Source of the DNA: a bacterium
Lineage (GTDB): Bacteria > DRYD01
Direction: 5' to 3'
Assembly: GCA_039630415.1 (NCBI GenBank)
Contig: JBCNVB010000018.1
Coordinates: 64,001-128,000 of the forward strand
DNA length: 64,000 nucleotides
Shown: one piece after another, positions 9,774-19,957 of the stretch
How the letters are laid out: each line of letters begins with the position of its first letter
Position numbering within the stretch: position 1 is the first letter of the stretch
Notes under the pieces: generated by a model
What the model was told of the DNA's origin: nothing
Database searches by the model: none
The model's input: only the letters and a program-made list of their open reading frames with translations
Translations under genes and position numbers: made by a program

Positions 9774-10790
9774 TTAAGTATAGATCCAATACAAGAGGGA
9801 TAAAAAATTTAGTAAAGAATGGCAGAAGACAGTTGGAACTATACTTGCATATCGTATATAAACAATTCCTAAAAATACGCCAATTGCTCCAATAAGTAAA
9901 CTCACATATATATCCTGGAAATGAACAATTGAAAAAATAAATGAACTAATCAGAATAGAAAAAACTTTACTCATGAAATTGCTAAGCATATCTATTAAGT
10001 GTTTTCTAAAGATTATCTCCTCAATAAGTGGAACGACAATAACAAGGGTTACTAGGTACAAAACCATTTCATAAAATGTTGAATATCTTACGTATACGAC
10101 GATAAAACTATTGTCATAGTTTTTGGAAATTCCCATAGAAACTGCCAACGATAATACAAATATAAAAGCACAGGATAAAATTAAGCCCAGTATTGTTTTG
10201 GTATTTGAATTAAGAAAACGTAAAAATGATACAAAAAACATATAAAAATCAAACTTTTTTGTAGCATGAAGCAAGAAAAATACAGTCATAGGTGCTAAAA
10301 TCAAAGCAGTTCCGAATATAATAGACTTCCCAACGGATACGTTAAAACCAATCATTTCTTGTTCTATAAATGTCAGATAAATTTTCAGACCAATAAACTG
10401 AAAACAAACCTGTAAAAAGTAGTATATAAAGAAAATAGCATAAAAATTATCACTTCGATAATTTAGATTACTTGAATTACTAAGTTTAGGTCTGAATATA
10501 TACTTGCCTGAATATGTTAAAAACACGAAAATACATCCTAGTGTTATAATAAACAAGAAGAAGAGCCTCTTATCGTTAGAATTATCAAATTTAATACTCT
10601 GGTAGTAGTCAACCAATAATTTTGGATTGTATAATATTTCTTGTAATTCAAAACTTTCGTATTGGTAATCAGATTGATACAGGTTAAGTACATATAATAC
10701 CAGCAATATACCAATAAAAAGTGCTAGGACTATACGTTGCTTATAATTACTTAAGATATTTTTCAGTATGCGAAAAAACATAGTTAGCAA
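9774..10790 (-). CDS. CPBP (CAAX/Abi-family) intramembrane metalloprotease
   Basis: PLIEEIIFR, FSIVH, and HSLLN motifs. True start may be the ATG at 10781. Confidence 0.88.
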   Translation of the reverse strand: MLTMFFRILKNILSNYKQRIVLALFIGILLVLYVLNLYQSDYQYESFELQEILYNPKLLVDYYQSIKFDNSNDKRLFFLFIITLGCIFVFLTYSGKYIFRPKLSNSSNLNYRSDNFYAIFFIYYFLQVCFQFIGLKIYLTFIEQEMIGFNVSVGKSIIFGTALILAPMTVFFLLHATKKFDFYMFFVSFLRFLNSNTKTILGLILSCAFIFVLSLAVSMGISKNYDNSFIVVYVRYSTFYEMVLYLVTLVIVVPLIEEIIFRKHLIDMLSNFMSKVFSILISSFIFSIVHFQDIYVSLLIGAIGVFLGIVYIRYASIVPTVFCHSLLNFLSLLYWIYT

Positions 10791-11838
10791 ATTCTACGGG
10801 ATCAGTATATTGATACTCAAACATTCCAAGTTCATTAAAAATATCTAACTTAATTATATCCACATTTTTCGATAGTGGTTTCCATCTTTTAACGTCAAAA
10901 TCAAAATATCTGTTTGCAAATATAGCTATTAAATTAACATTAAAAGCAGAAGCTATATGCATTATTCCACTATCAAAACATATTAAGCATCTACAATCCT
11001 TTATCATATTCATCATTTCCATAAATTCAGGATGTATAGCGTTATGAATTTTTCTGGGACTAATAAATGCAACTTTTAAGCTGGTATAACTTTTTTTGGA
11101 AAGCTCTTGTATTTTCTGAATCAGGTAACTTACAAACCTAGTTAGCCAAACTTTACCTTCTTCGTTATAGAAAAACATTTCTTTATCAAAAATTAATACA
11201 TCGTACTTTTCAAAAGATACATTAGGTACAACTAGGTTTGTCAAACCAGTAAAGTTTTGTACCAAAAACTCTAAATCTTCTTTAAATAGAGCAGAATTTT
11301 GATAACTAATATCTAAATCCAATTTAACTACCTCTATATTTTGAAATACTTCATGCCTTACCTTTGATAAATCATCAATTTGGGATTTATCAACTTCGTC
11401 AATATAGTAAGTATAATTGTGAGAGAAAAAAAAGCGATTTATTCTAGTTTGGTAGAAGTATGTATATTTTTTAGATGCTTTAAGTTTAGATCCAAGCAAA
11501 TAGCTTACAGTAGTTGGACTAAATACAAAAACTTTTTCAAACCCAGTACTATCTCTAAAAAACAGAATTTTCAGGTAATTAAGTACATCATTCAAAAAGT
11601 TATGCCCTTTCAAATTCCTATAAAACAAGTTTACTGGAATAATTTGAATAGAATCAAAATAGGGGTGTATAATTTTAGAATCGTATACGAACAAACGGGA
11701 ATTATGGGGATTAAATATTCCAACTACTTGGTAATCCCTATAGTGATCTCTTATTATTTTTATAGCTGGAAGGGTTAAGATAGTATCCCCAATCCTATCT
11801 AATCTTACTACAGCTATTTTTGGTTTATTCTGTTGCAT
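10747..11838 (-). CDS. Glycosyltransferase family 9 (heptosyltransferase-like)
   Basis: RLDRIGDTILTLP and DSGIMHIASA motifs. Confidence 0.88.
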   Translation of the reverse strand: MQQNKPKIAVVRLDRIGDTILTLPAIKIIRDHYRDYQVVGIFNPHNSRLFVYDSKIIHPYFDSIQIIPVNLFYRNLKGHNFLNDVLNYLKILFFRDSTGFEKVFVFSPTTVSYLLGSKLKASKKYTYFYQTRINRFFFSHNYTYYIDEVDKSQIDDLSKVRHEVFQNIEVVKLDLDISYQNSALFKEDLEFLVQNFTGLTNLVVPNVSFEKYDVLIFDKEMFFYNEEGKVWLTRFVSYLIQKIQELSKKSYTSLKVAFISPRKIHNAIHPEFMEMMNMIKDCRCLICFDSGIMHIASAFNVNLIAIFANRYFDFDVKRWKPLSKNVDIIKLDIFNELGMFEYQYTDPVEFANYVFSHTEKYLK

Positions 11839-13580
11839 TTTAACTCTTCTTTTATTTGTTGTAAAGTTTTAGTATTAAGTACATTATGTTTTTTACACAT
11901 TGCTTTTCTTGCCCACTTAACACCAAACTCCATGTATTCCATCTGTAAAGTAGAATGAGCATCAGTATTTATTACAATATTAAGCTCTTTGTTAGTACAT
12001 AGTCTATAGTTTATAATATGCTCATAGTCAACATCTAATCTATCTAAATGGCTGTTTATTTCGATATACTTCTGATGTTGATTAGCATAGTTAAAAATAT
12101 TGAATATATCCTCTTGAGATAGTTTAATAGCTTCCCTTTGTCCCAATATTCTGGAAGTTAGGTGACAAAGAATATTACCCTTCGTAAGAGCGTTAATTAT
12201 TCTTTGATAGTTTTGATCATTTCTAAGTTTAAAGTCTGAATGAATAGAAAGATTAATATAATCAAGTTTTGGTAAAATCTTTTCTAGTGACTTATTTTTC
12301 TCATAATCAAGATTTCCAAAGGTATCTATGTTTTCCTCAACTGCCCATAGTATATCAAGGTTTTGAACTTTTGAAAAGCTAGCATATGAATCGACTTTAT
12401 CCTGCAGATAGTCTATATGGTCAGATATTCCTATGTAAGAATATCCCATTTGCAGAGCTTTCATAGCCATTTCATGAACAGTATTTTTACCATCCGAAAA
12501 AACAGTATGCAAATGTAAATCTCCTTTAATATCTTTAATACTTACCAAATCTGAAAAAGTATTAGTTTTTGCAATTTCAAAGATTAATGGATAATCCAAC
12601 AATTCATCCGGTATAGGATTAACCCCTAAGTATTCATAAAAATCATTCATAGTTTTCAGTTTAGTGAATATTGGATCAATAATAAAATCTTCTAAACTTT
12701 TCGATGTGTCTATTTTGTCTATATCCGTATAGCGAAGTAGAAAGTAGATTTCTAAAGGTAGATAGTATTCGCAGAAAATAAACAGAATAGGTACTTTCAA
12801 AACAGAAGTTTTTAATATCAGAATATTGGTATTTCCAATTTTCTTAACTTCATGTGATAAGGCAAATTTTTCAAATTCCTTGAAATTATCTTTGAACCAT
12901 TCAGCAGGGTTCTCCTGATTTGAAGGGATGATTATACATATTTCCTCAATAATTTTATCAAATCTCCTAATAGGTCCCGTTTCAACATACTCTATACCCT
13001 TTTCATACAGATTTTTTTTTATAAGCTTGTATACTCCATAAATTTCATAAAAAAAAGAATAGCCATGATAATTGCAAAGCAAATCCTCTATTTTTTTTAT
13101 CACTCTACTTTTAAAACCTTCATAGGAAAATTTCAAGCCAGTTTTTTTTAGTAACTTGAAGAGAGCTTTATAGAAATCCTCGTCATTTTGTATATACAAT
13201 ATATCTCTTAAAGTTAGTATTTGCTGAAATTGTTGATTTAGTTGATAACTAATTTGTTCTATAAAAACATCAAAGTTTTCTACGTAGTTAGATAGGTCAT
13301 TTAGGATGTACCTTAGAAAAAGTAGTTTAAACTTCTGTATACCCCCGAATTTTATTACTTCGCTTACCTTATTAGCTATATTTGCATCAAAGAATTTGTG
13401 ATTTAAATCTAGTTTTTGTTTACCTTGAGTAATATACTCGTATATATGATCCCTTAGGAAAGACAATCTTCTTTTGTAATATTTTATTTTAGATACGTTG
13501 CAGGGATCAGATAAGTAAGCTAAATATACGTAATTTTCGAAAGCTTCTAGAATTTTGAGTGAGTCATATTCAATAAGCAT
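11814..13580 (-). CDS. PolX-PHP-type protein with degenerate polymerase domain and intact PHP domain
   Basis: C-terminal PHP motifs DLHLHT..SDG, ISDH, E, SIH, H, EINS, TDAH; thumb motif YEYLGVNPIPDEL. The catalytic loop reads GPIRR...EEICII. Confidence 0.82.
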   Translation of the reverse strand: MLIEYDSLKILEAFENYVYLAYLSDPCNVSKIKYYKRRLSFLRDHIYEYITQGKQKLDLNHKFFDANIANKVSEVIKFGGIQKFKLLFLRYILNDLSNYVENFDVFIEQISYQLNQQFQQILTLRDILYIQNDEDFYKALFKLLKKTGLKFSYEGFKSRVIKKIEDLLCNYHGYSFFYEIYGVYKLIKKNLYEKGIEYVETGPIRRFDKIIEEICIIIPSNQENPAEWFKDNFKEFEKFALSHEVKKIGNTNILILKTSVLKVPILFIFCEYYLPLEIYFLLRYTDIDKIDTSKSLEDFIIDPIFTKLKTMNDFYEYLGVNPIPDELLDYPLIFEIAKTNTFSDLVSIKDIKGDLHLHTVFSDGKNTVHEMAMKALQMGYSYIGISDHIDYLQDKVDSYASFSKVQNLDILWAVEENIDTFGNLDYEKNKSLEKILPKLDYINLSIHSDFKLRNDQNYQRIINALTKGNILCHLTSRILGQREAIKLSQEDIFNIFNYANQHQKYIEINSHLDRLDVDYEHIINYRLCTNKELNIVINTDAHSTLQMEYMEFGVKWARKAMCKKHNVLNTKTLQQIKEELKCNRINQK

Positions 13581-14679
13581 TGTTTTCTATAACTATTTTA
13601 TCCCTAAAATTAATCTTTTTGTTGTTAATTGGCTTATTTATGATGTTAACTATCAATCCGATAGCTATCCAATTGACAATTAGCGATGTTCCTCCATAGC
13701 TTATAAAGGGAAGAGTTACACCAGTAGCAGGTAACAAAGATAAGGTTACAGACATATTAATTACAGCGTTTATAAAAATCATGAAAGTTAACCCAAAAGC
13801 AAGTAATTTATAGAAAACATCATTTATTTTAGATATTCTAAAAATCATCAGGGTAAAGAAGGTAAGGAAAATTAGTACTATGATTAAATTAGCTACCAAA
13901 CCTAATTCCTCACCTATAACTGAGTATATAAAGTCGGTGTGTTTTTCAGGTAAGTAGTAATGTTTTTGTGTACTATTACCTAATCCTACTCCCCATATGT
14001 GTCCTCTACCATGAGCTATTAAACTTTGGATGATATTATAACCATAGCCTAAGGGGTCAGCCCAGGGGTTCATAAAAGCTAGTATTCTTTTGACTCTATA
14101 GCTTTCAGAAAATAGGAGAAATAGAAAACCAATTATAGAGAACACGACCAAGGGAAGAAAATGCCACAAAGGAGTACCCCCAATGAACATTATTGATAAA
14201 AATATTAGTCCAATAATTGCAGCATTCCCTAAATCTGGTTCTAAGTTAATTAAAAAAACGAATACCAGCATTAAAATAAATGGTGGGACAAATCCCTTTT
14301 TAAAATTCTCTATTATGTTCATACGAGCTGAAATAAAGTAAGAAGTATACAAAACTATAGCTATTTTAGCTAGTTCAGAAGGTTGAAAATTTACTATCCC
14401 CAAATTTATCCATGCTTTAGAACCGTTAACCTCTATTCCTAAAGGAGTCAAAACCAATACTAACAGGATAATATTTCCTATCACAATCGGAATTAAATAT
14501 TGTTTTAGTTTTTCTAAATCAATTCTAGAAGCTACAAAAAAACAAATTAAACCAATAACCAGAGCTACAATTTGTTTAGTTACCAAATGTATACTAAAAG
14601 ATGCAGAGTATATACATATAATCCCAAACAATGACAATGCTAAAAATATAGAAAATATTAACTTACTTAGGTTATTCAA
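13570..14679 (-). CDS. ftsW: Cell division/peptidoglycan polymerase FtsW (SEDS family)
   Basis: FQPSELAK, EPDLG, LPEKHTDFI, LPFISYGGTS. Confidence 0.9.
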   Translation of the reverse strand: MNNLSKLIFSIFLALSLFGIICIYSASFSIHLVTKQIVALVIGLICFFVASRIDLEKLKQYLIPIVIGNIILLVLVLTPLGIEVNGSKAWINLGIVNFQPSELAKIAIVLYTSYFISARMNIIENFKKGFVPPFILMLVFVFLINLEPDLGNAAIIGLIFLSIMFIGGTPLWHFLPLVVFSIIGFLFLLFSESYRVKRILAFMNPWADPLGYGYNIIQSLIAHGRGHIWGVGLGNSTQKHYYLPEKHTDFIYSVIGEELGLVANLIIVLIFLTFFTLMIFRISKINDVFYKLLAFGLTFMIFINAVINMSVTLSLLPATGVTLPFISYGGTSLIVNWIAIGLIVNIINKPINNKKINFRDKIVIENNAY

Positions 14680-14681
14680 GT

Positions 14682-15668
14682 TTAATCAAAAAGCTCACTT
14701 ATTGATTTTTTGAAGTAAATTCTTTTAATTACTTCGGATATTAGATCTGCAATTGAACAGACTATTATTTTGCTATTAGTATGTTTTAGGGGTATAGTAT
14801 CTGTTACGAATATTTTTTCGATACATGATTTTTCTATTAACTGTATAGCATTTGAGCAGAAAACGGGGTGTACCGCTAGGACGTATATTTTTTTAGCTCC
14901 CATATTTGCAAGCTTTTCAGCTGCATTAACTATAGTTTTACCTGTTGATATCATATCGTCAACAATGATTACCTCTTTTCCTTGTATATCACCTACTACC
15001 TCTAAACATTCTACTTCTTCTACATCAGGTCTTCTTTTGAACATAACAGCTATAGGTAATCCCATTTTTTCAGAGTACATTCTTGCTCTTACCACACTTC
15101 CAGCATCTGGTGCTACTATAATGTGATTATTCTTGTCTAACTTACCTACATAATTTACAAATTGAGAAGCTAAGGAACTGTAAGCAAATAGATTATCGAG
15201 AGGAATATCAAAAAATCCTTGAATAGCTGGAGAATGAAGATCAACAGTAACAACTCTATTAGCTCCAGCAACAGTTATTAAGTTAGCAACCAACTTTGCA
15301 GTTATTGGTTCTCTTCCTGAAACCTTTTTCTCTTGCTTTGCATACCCAAAGTATGGTATAATAGCAGTTATACTATTTGCAGATGCTCTTCTTACAGCAT
15401 CTATTATTATCAATAATTCCATTAGATTATCATTAACAGGAGGACAAGTTGACTGAATAATAAAAACATCTTTTCCTCTAACGTTCTCTAAAATCTTAAC
15501 TCTTATCTCACCATCAGAAAACCTGGAAATAATACTATTCGCTAATGGTATACCTATCTTTTCCGATACCTTTACTGATAGTTCTGTATTTGAATTACCT
15601 CCTATGAGTATTAGTTTATCATAGAGTTCTTTTTGTGCTTTTTCTTCTTGAGTTCTTGGACTTATCAT
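14682..15668 (-). CDS. prs: Ribose-phosphate pyrophosphokinase
   Basis: FSDGE, PYFGYA, DLHSPAIQGFF, VDDMISTG. Confidence 0.97.
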   Translation of the reverse strand: MISPRTQEEKAQKELYDKLILIGGNSNTELSVKVSEKIGIPLANSIISRFSDGEIRVKILENVRGKDVFIIQSTCPPVNDNLMELLIIIDAVRRASANSITAIIPYFGYAKQEKKVSGREPITAKLVANLITVAGANRVVTVDLHSPAIQGFFDIPLDNLFAYSSLASQFVNYVGKLDKNNHIIVAPDAGSVVRARMYSEKMGLPIAVMFKRRPDVEEVECLEVVGDIQGKEVIIVDDMISTGKTIVNAAEKLANMGAKKIYVLAVHPVFCSNAIQLIEKSCIEKIFVTDTIPLKHTNSKIIVCSIADLISEVIKRIYFKKSISELFD

Positions 15669-15691
15669 ACAATTCCCCCCAATAATTTTCT

Positions 15692-17263
15692 TTAAAAATC
15701 TAGCTTTTCTGATATTGTTTTTGGTTGTAGGAAATATAGTAGATAATCTGGTCCACCAGCTTTTGCATCAGTACCGGACATATTAAACCCTCCAAATGGA
15801 TGAACACCTACTATTGCCCCAGTACATTTTCTGTTTATGTAAAGGTTTCCACAGAAAAATTCCTCTACAGCTCTTTGGATATTATATCTGTTTTCACTAA
15901 ATACTGCTCCTGTTAGTCCATACTCTGTTGAGTTAGCTATTTCTATAGCTTGATCAAAGTTATCGTATTTTATTACAGCTAACACAGGTCCAAAAATTTC
16001 CTCTTGAGCTATTACATCATTTGGATTAACATCTTCGAAGATAGTAGGTTGTACATAGTAACCTCTATCTTCAAATAGTTTATTTCCTCCATAGACTAGT
16101 TTATTTTGGTTTTTACCTATTTCGATGTATTCGATTATTTTGTTAAGAGAAGACTGATTTATTACGGGTCCCATAAACTTGTTTTCTCTTGGAAGTCCTA
16201 TTTCGATTTTCTTTGTTTTGCTTATGAGCTGTTCCATAAAGGTTTGGTATATTTCTTTGTGGAGGAGAAGTCTTGAGCAAGCAGAACATTTTTGTCCCTG
16301 GTAGCCAAAAGCAGAAACTATTACACTATTAACTGCGTGTTCTAATAGTTGTGGATTGGTTATTTTATCCACTATTATAGCGTTTTTTCCTCCCATTTCC
16401 GCTATTACTCTTTTGAGATGTTTTTGGCCTTTATTTACTATTGATGCTTCTTTATAAATATGAATTCCCACTTCTTTTGAACCAGTAAATGCAATCATTC
16501 TTACTTGTGGGTGTTTTACTAGATAATCACCCACTACACTACCTCTTCCTGATAAGTAGTTAAGTACTCCATCTGGTAAGCCTGCTTCCTTCATTATTTG
16601 GTAGAAGAATAGAGACATGAAGCAAGAGTCGTTAGAAGGTTTAAGTATAACTGTATTTCCAGTAACCATTGCAGCTATAGACATTCCAGCGGGTATAGCC
16701 AATGGGAAATTCCATGGTGGTATAACTACTACCACACCCAAAGGTAAGTAGCAGTAATAATTTTTTTCACCGGGGAAATTAGCGAGTTTGGGTGGATTTT
16801 CGTGAAGATTTATCATTTGTTGGGCATAGTATTCAAGGTAGTCGATAGTTTCTGCTACATCGGCATCAGCTTCTGCATAATTTTTTCCAACTTCGAGAAT
16901 CATCCATGCTATTGCTTCATATTTTCTTTTTCTTAGGATATTTGCTGCTCTGAAAAATATGTTGGCTCTTTGGTATACATCTAATTTTGACCATGTTTTG
17001 AAAGCTTCTTGCGCAGCTTTTATAGCCATCTCAGCGTGTTCTATAGTTGCATCCTGAAAAACACCTATTACCTGTGAATACTCTGCAGGATTTATTGACC
17101 TTATCTTATTACTAGAATAAAACTCTTTACCACCGATATACAAAGGATATTCTTTAGATAGATTAGATTCAACGTAAGTTATTGCCTGCTTTATGTTTTC
17201 TAACACTTGCGTATCAGTAAAGTTAAGAAATGGTTCTGTTTTAAAATCAATTGTTGTTCTCAT
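15692..17263 (-). CDS. pruA: 1-pyrroline-5-carboxylate (glutamate-gamma-semialdehyde) dehydrogenase, RocA type
   Basis: PPWNFP, EMGGKN, GQKCSACSR, EEIFGP, GTDAKAGGPDYL. Confidence 0.93.
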   Translation of the reverse strand: MRTTIDFKTEPFLNFTDTQVLENIKQAITYVESNLSKEYPLYIGGKEFYSSNKIRSINPAEYSQVIGVFQDATIEHAEMAIKAAQEAFKTWSKLDVYQRANIFFRAANILRKRKYEAIAWMILEVGKNYAEADADVAETIDYLEYYAQQMINLHENPPKLANFPGEKNYYCYLPLGVVVVIPPWNFPLAIPAGMSIAAMVTGNTVILKPSNDSCFMSLFFYQIMKEAGLPDGVLNYLSGRGSVVGDYLVKHPQVRMIAFTGSKEVGIHIYKEASIVNKGQKHLKRVIAEMGGKNAIIVDKITNPQLLEHAVNSVIVSAFGYQGQKCSACSRLLLHKEIYQTFMEQLISKTKKIEIGLPRENKFMGPVINQSSLNKIIEYIEIGKNQNKLVYGGNKLFEDRGYYVQPTIFEDVNPNDVIAQEEIFGPVLAVIKYDNFDQAIEIANSTEYGLTGAVFSENRYNIQRAVEEFFCGNLYINRKCTGAIVGVHPFGGFNMSGTDAKAGGPDYLLYFLQPKTISEKLDF

Positions 17264-18459
17264 TTTCCTACCTCCTTATATGCTTCTGTATATTTCTGAG
17301 CTACTTTTAGATAATCGTAATCTTTTACTGATTCGAATGAATTCTTTTTGAGTTTATTTAGTAATTCCGGATTCTTATATAGTTGAATTATTTTTGTAAT
17401 GAATTCTGATTGGTAGTTATTGTTGTTTTCTATCAAATATCCGTTATATTCGTTTATAATTAGGTCATCAGCTCCATATGTTTTGAAGCTAATTATGGGA
17501 ACCATCGAAGATAGACTTTCCAGATAGGCTAATGGTTTGACTTCTGTAACTGATAGAGTTATAAAAACGTCCAGTAGTCTGTAGTAGTTTGGTATATCTT
17601 CGTAGGGTACTTTATTTGTGAATACCACATAATCTTGCAAATCTAGTTTTCTTGCGTAGTTTAGTAGATTATCGTACTCTGTTCCACCCCCCACTATTAG
17701 TAAACTTATTTTTTTATCATTCAGGTTTTGTTCGAAATAACTTACGATTTGCCTATATAACTCTAACAGCTTGTACAAGTTTTTCTCTTTCTCTAGTCTT
17801 CCTACAAATCCAAGGACAAACTTATCTTGTAAACCGAATTTTGCTTTTAAGTTTTGAATTTTTTGATCATCATAGTACTGCATATGATGCATATCTACAG
17901 GGTTGCAAATAAACAAAAACTTATCCTTATACTGTTGGAATTTATTTTCCACATCTTTTTTTATGGTTTTTGAGGGAAAAATTACTGCATCCACGAATTG
18001 AAATATTTCTTTTAGATGACCATATAGAAACTTTTGGTAGATAAATTTGGGAATGAATTTAACATAGTGATAGTAGTTTTCATACTGTGTATGATACGTA
18101 AATACCACCTTTGAAGACGGATTATAACTTCTTAATATTTTGGCTATTTTATAGATTATGAATGGATGGTTTATTTGAATTATATCAGGTTTTATTTGTA
18201 TTTTTTTGATTTCTTTTATGAGATTGATGGGATTAGGGATACAGTAGTCGAATTTTGGGAAATATATAGATGGTAATTTGAATATATTGTATTTAATGTT
18301 GTATTTTTGTATGATTTGGTGGTTAAAACAGGGATGTTTTGAGGATATTACACTTACTTCTTTGTTAAGTTCTTTTAGTCCTTTGGATAGGAGATGTATG
18401 CTATGAACTACACCATTGGTTACAGGGAAAAAGACATTTGTTAGTACAGCTATGTTCAT
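17260..18459 (-). CDS. Glycosyltransferase family 4
   Basis: FFPVTNGV, TYHTQY, FVGRLEKEKN, E.KPLAYLE. Confidence 0.9.
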   Translation of the reverse strand: MNIAVLTNVFFPVTNGVVHSIHLLSKGLKELNKEVSVISSKHPCFNHQIIQKYNIKYNIFKLPSIYFPKFDYCIPNPINLIKEIKKIQIKPDIIQINHPFIIYKIAKILRSYNPSSKVVFTYHTQYENYYHYVKFIPKFIYQKFLYGHLKEIFQFVDAVIFPSKTIKKDVENKFQQYKDKFLFICNPVDMHHMQYYDDQKIQNLKAKFGLQDKFVLGFVGRLEKEKNLYKLLELYRQIVSYFEQNLNDKKISLLIVGGGTEYDNLLNYARKLDLQDYVVFTNKVPYEDIPNYYRLLDVFITLSVTEVKPLAYLESLSSMVPIISFKTYGADDLIINEYNGYLIENNNNYQSEFITKIIQLYKNPELLNKLKKNSFESVKDYDYLKVAQKYTEAYKEVGK

Positions 18460-19406
18460 GCGAATATTCCTATCTTTCTGAATTTTTGGTATCTATGTTG
18501 TTTAGGATTTTCAAGTTTTCGTGATAGAGTAATATATTCTAGAAGTTTATTTTTTATGGTGGTATAGGAAAATTGTAGATCTCTATGCATTCCTAGGAAT
18601 GGTTCTGGAATTATTTCATCTATTACTCCTAGTTCTAGTAGATCGTAGGATGTTAGTTTTAGATTTTTTGCTGCTAGTGGAGCTTTTGATGAGTCTCTAT
18701 AGAGAATTGAAGCTGCTCCTTCAGGGGATATGACAGAATAGTAAGCATTTTCCATCATAAGGATATAGTTAGCTACAGCGATAGCTAGAGCTCCTCCAGA
18801 TCCACCTTCGGATAGGATTAAGCAAACAACTGGGATATCTAGTTCAAACATTTTAGAGATTGATTTAGCGATGGATATGTATTGTCCATTTTGCTCGGCA
18901 GTATCGCCAGGGTATGCACCTGGTGTATCTACTATGGTTATTAGCGGTGTTCTAAATGTATTAGCTATATCCATAATTCTTATGGCTTTGTAGAAGCCTT
19001 CTGGGTTTGTCATTCCATAGTTTCTTGCTATTTTTTCATTTGTGTTTCTTCCTTTGTTATGTCCCAGTATGAATACTGGATAGTTTTCTATTTTTGCAAG
19101 TCCACCGGTAATTGATTTATCATCACCGACGTATCTATCTCCTTTTAGTTCTTGGAAATCTGTGAATATATTTTCGATTAAGTCTTGGAGGGTAGGTCTT
19201 TTAGGATGTCTTGCTATTTGGACTCTATTGAAGGGATGTATCTTGGATTTGATTTCTTGGATTATATTTTGAGTTTTTAGTTTTAGGACTTGTAGTTCTT
19301 GGTAAGATACTTTTTGATTTTGATGTAGTTCTTGTAGGATTTTTATTCTTTGTTCGAGTTGGTCTATGAGTTTTTCTATTTCGAGTGTGTTAAGTATGTC
19401 TTGCAT
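18456..19406 (-). CDS. accA: Acetyl-CoA carboxylase carboxyltransferase alpha subunit
   Basis: ARHPKRP, DTPGAYPG, EGGSGGALA, YSVISPEG. Confidence 0.97.
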   Translation of the reverse strand: MQDILNTLEIEKLIDQLEQRIKILQELHQNQKVSYQELQVLKLKTQNIIQEIKSKIHPFNRVQIARHPKRPTLQDLIENIFTDFQELKGDRYVGDDKSITGGLAKIENYPVFILGHNKGRNTNEKIARNYGMTNPEGFYKAIRIMDIANTFRTPLITIVDTPGAYPGDTAEQNGQYISIAKSISKMFELDIPVVCLILSEGGSGGALAIAVANYILMMENAYYSVISPEGAASILYRDSSKAPLAAKNLKLTSYDLLELGVIDEIIPEPFLGMHRDLQFSYTTIKNKLLEYITLSRKLENPKQHRYQKFRKIGIFA

Positions 19407-19428
19407 GTAGGGTTTGGAGGTGTGGTTT

Positions 19429-19505
19429 TGGTGGGCGAGACAGGAGTTGAACCTGTGACCTCTTGCATGTCACGCAAGCGCTCTAACCACCTGAGCTACC
19501 CGCCC
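19429..19505 (-). tRNA. tRNA-Val(GAC), CCA encoded
   Basis: Cloverleaf: acceptor GGGCGGG/CTCGCCC, D arm GCTC/GAGC, anticodon arm CTTGC-GTGACAT-GCAAG, T arm ACAGG-TTCAACT-CCTGT, then ACCA. Confidence 0.97.
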
Positions 19506-19517
19506 ACCGAAAATATA

Positions 19518-19523
19518 ATTCTA
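19518..19523 (-). promoter_or_regulatory. Putative sigma70 -10 hexamer TAGAAT for tRNA-Val
   Basis: Ends 12 nt upstream of the tRNA 5' end. Same hexamer and spacing as at the second tRNA. Confidence 0.5.
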
Positions 19524-19578
19524 TTTTTCAACTTATTAACCTTCATACAAAAAGATAAATCCTTCTACATGTTACTTA

Positions 19579-19899
19579 TTATTTTCCTTGTTGGGATTTA
19601 TCATTAGGTATAAAGAATGCTCCTACTATTCCTCCTAGAATCATTCCTATTAAAGCCCCTGGTATACCTAAAAGAGGTATAGTTGCAGCTGCACCGAATA
19701 AACTCCCCACAGTAATAGGAGCAATATAATCTACAGCTGATTTATCTTTTATAGATTGATACTGATTTTTCAAGTATATATCTTCAGTTGAGTATAAATT
19801 TATGTCATTCTGAATTAAATATTGCTTGCTTATTTTACCTATAGTTTCGTAATTTGTTTCTATAAATTTGTTAGGGTTTATTTTCATTTTATAGATCAC
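19579..19899 (-). CDS. Small hypothetical protein with C-terminal Gly-rich hydrophobic helices
   Basis: 106 aa, GTG start; GSLFGAAA...GALIGMILGGIVGA glycine-zipper-like segment. Confidence 0.65.
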   Translation of the reverse strand: MIYKMKINPNKFIETNYETIGKISKQYLIQNDINLYSTEDIYLKNQYQSIKDKSAVDYIAPITVGSLFGAAATIPLLGIPGALIGMILGGIVGAFFIPNDKSQQGK

Positions 19900-19957
19900 C
19901 CCTTTCCCATTGCTTTAACTTTATGAATCATTTGTCTCCTTATACAGAATTGTACTA

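Noticed and set aside
19350-19607. 85 aa + strand ORF
   Set aside because: It is the antisense of tRNA-Val and the accA start.
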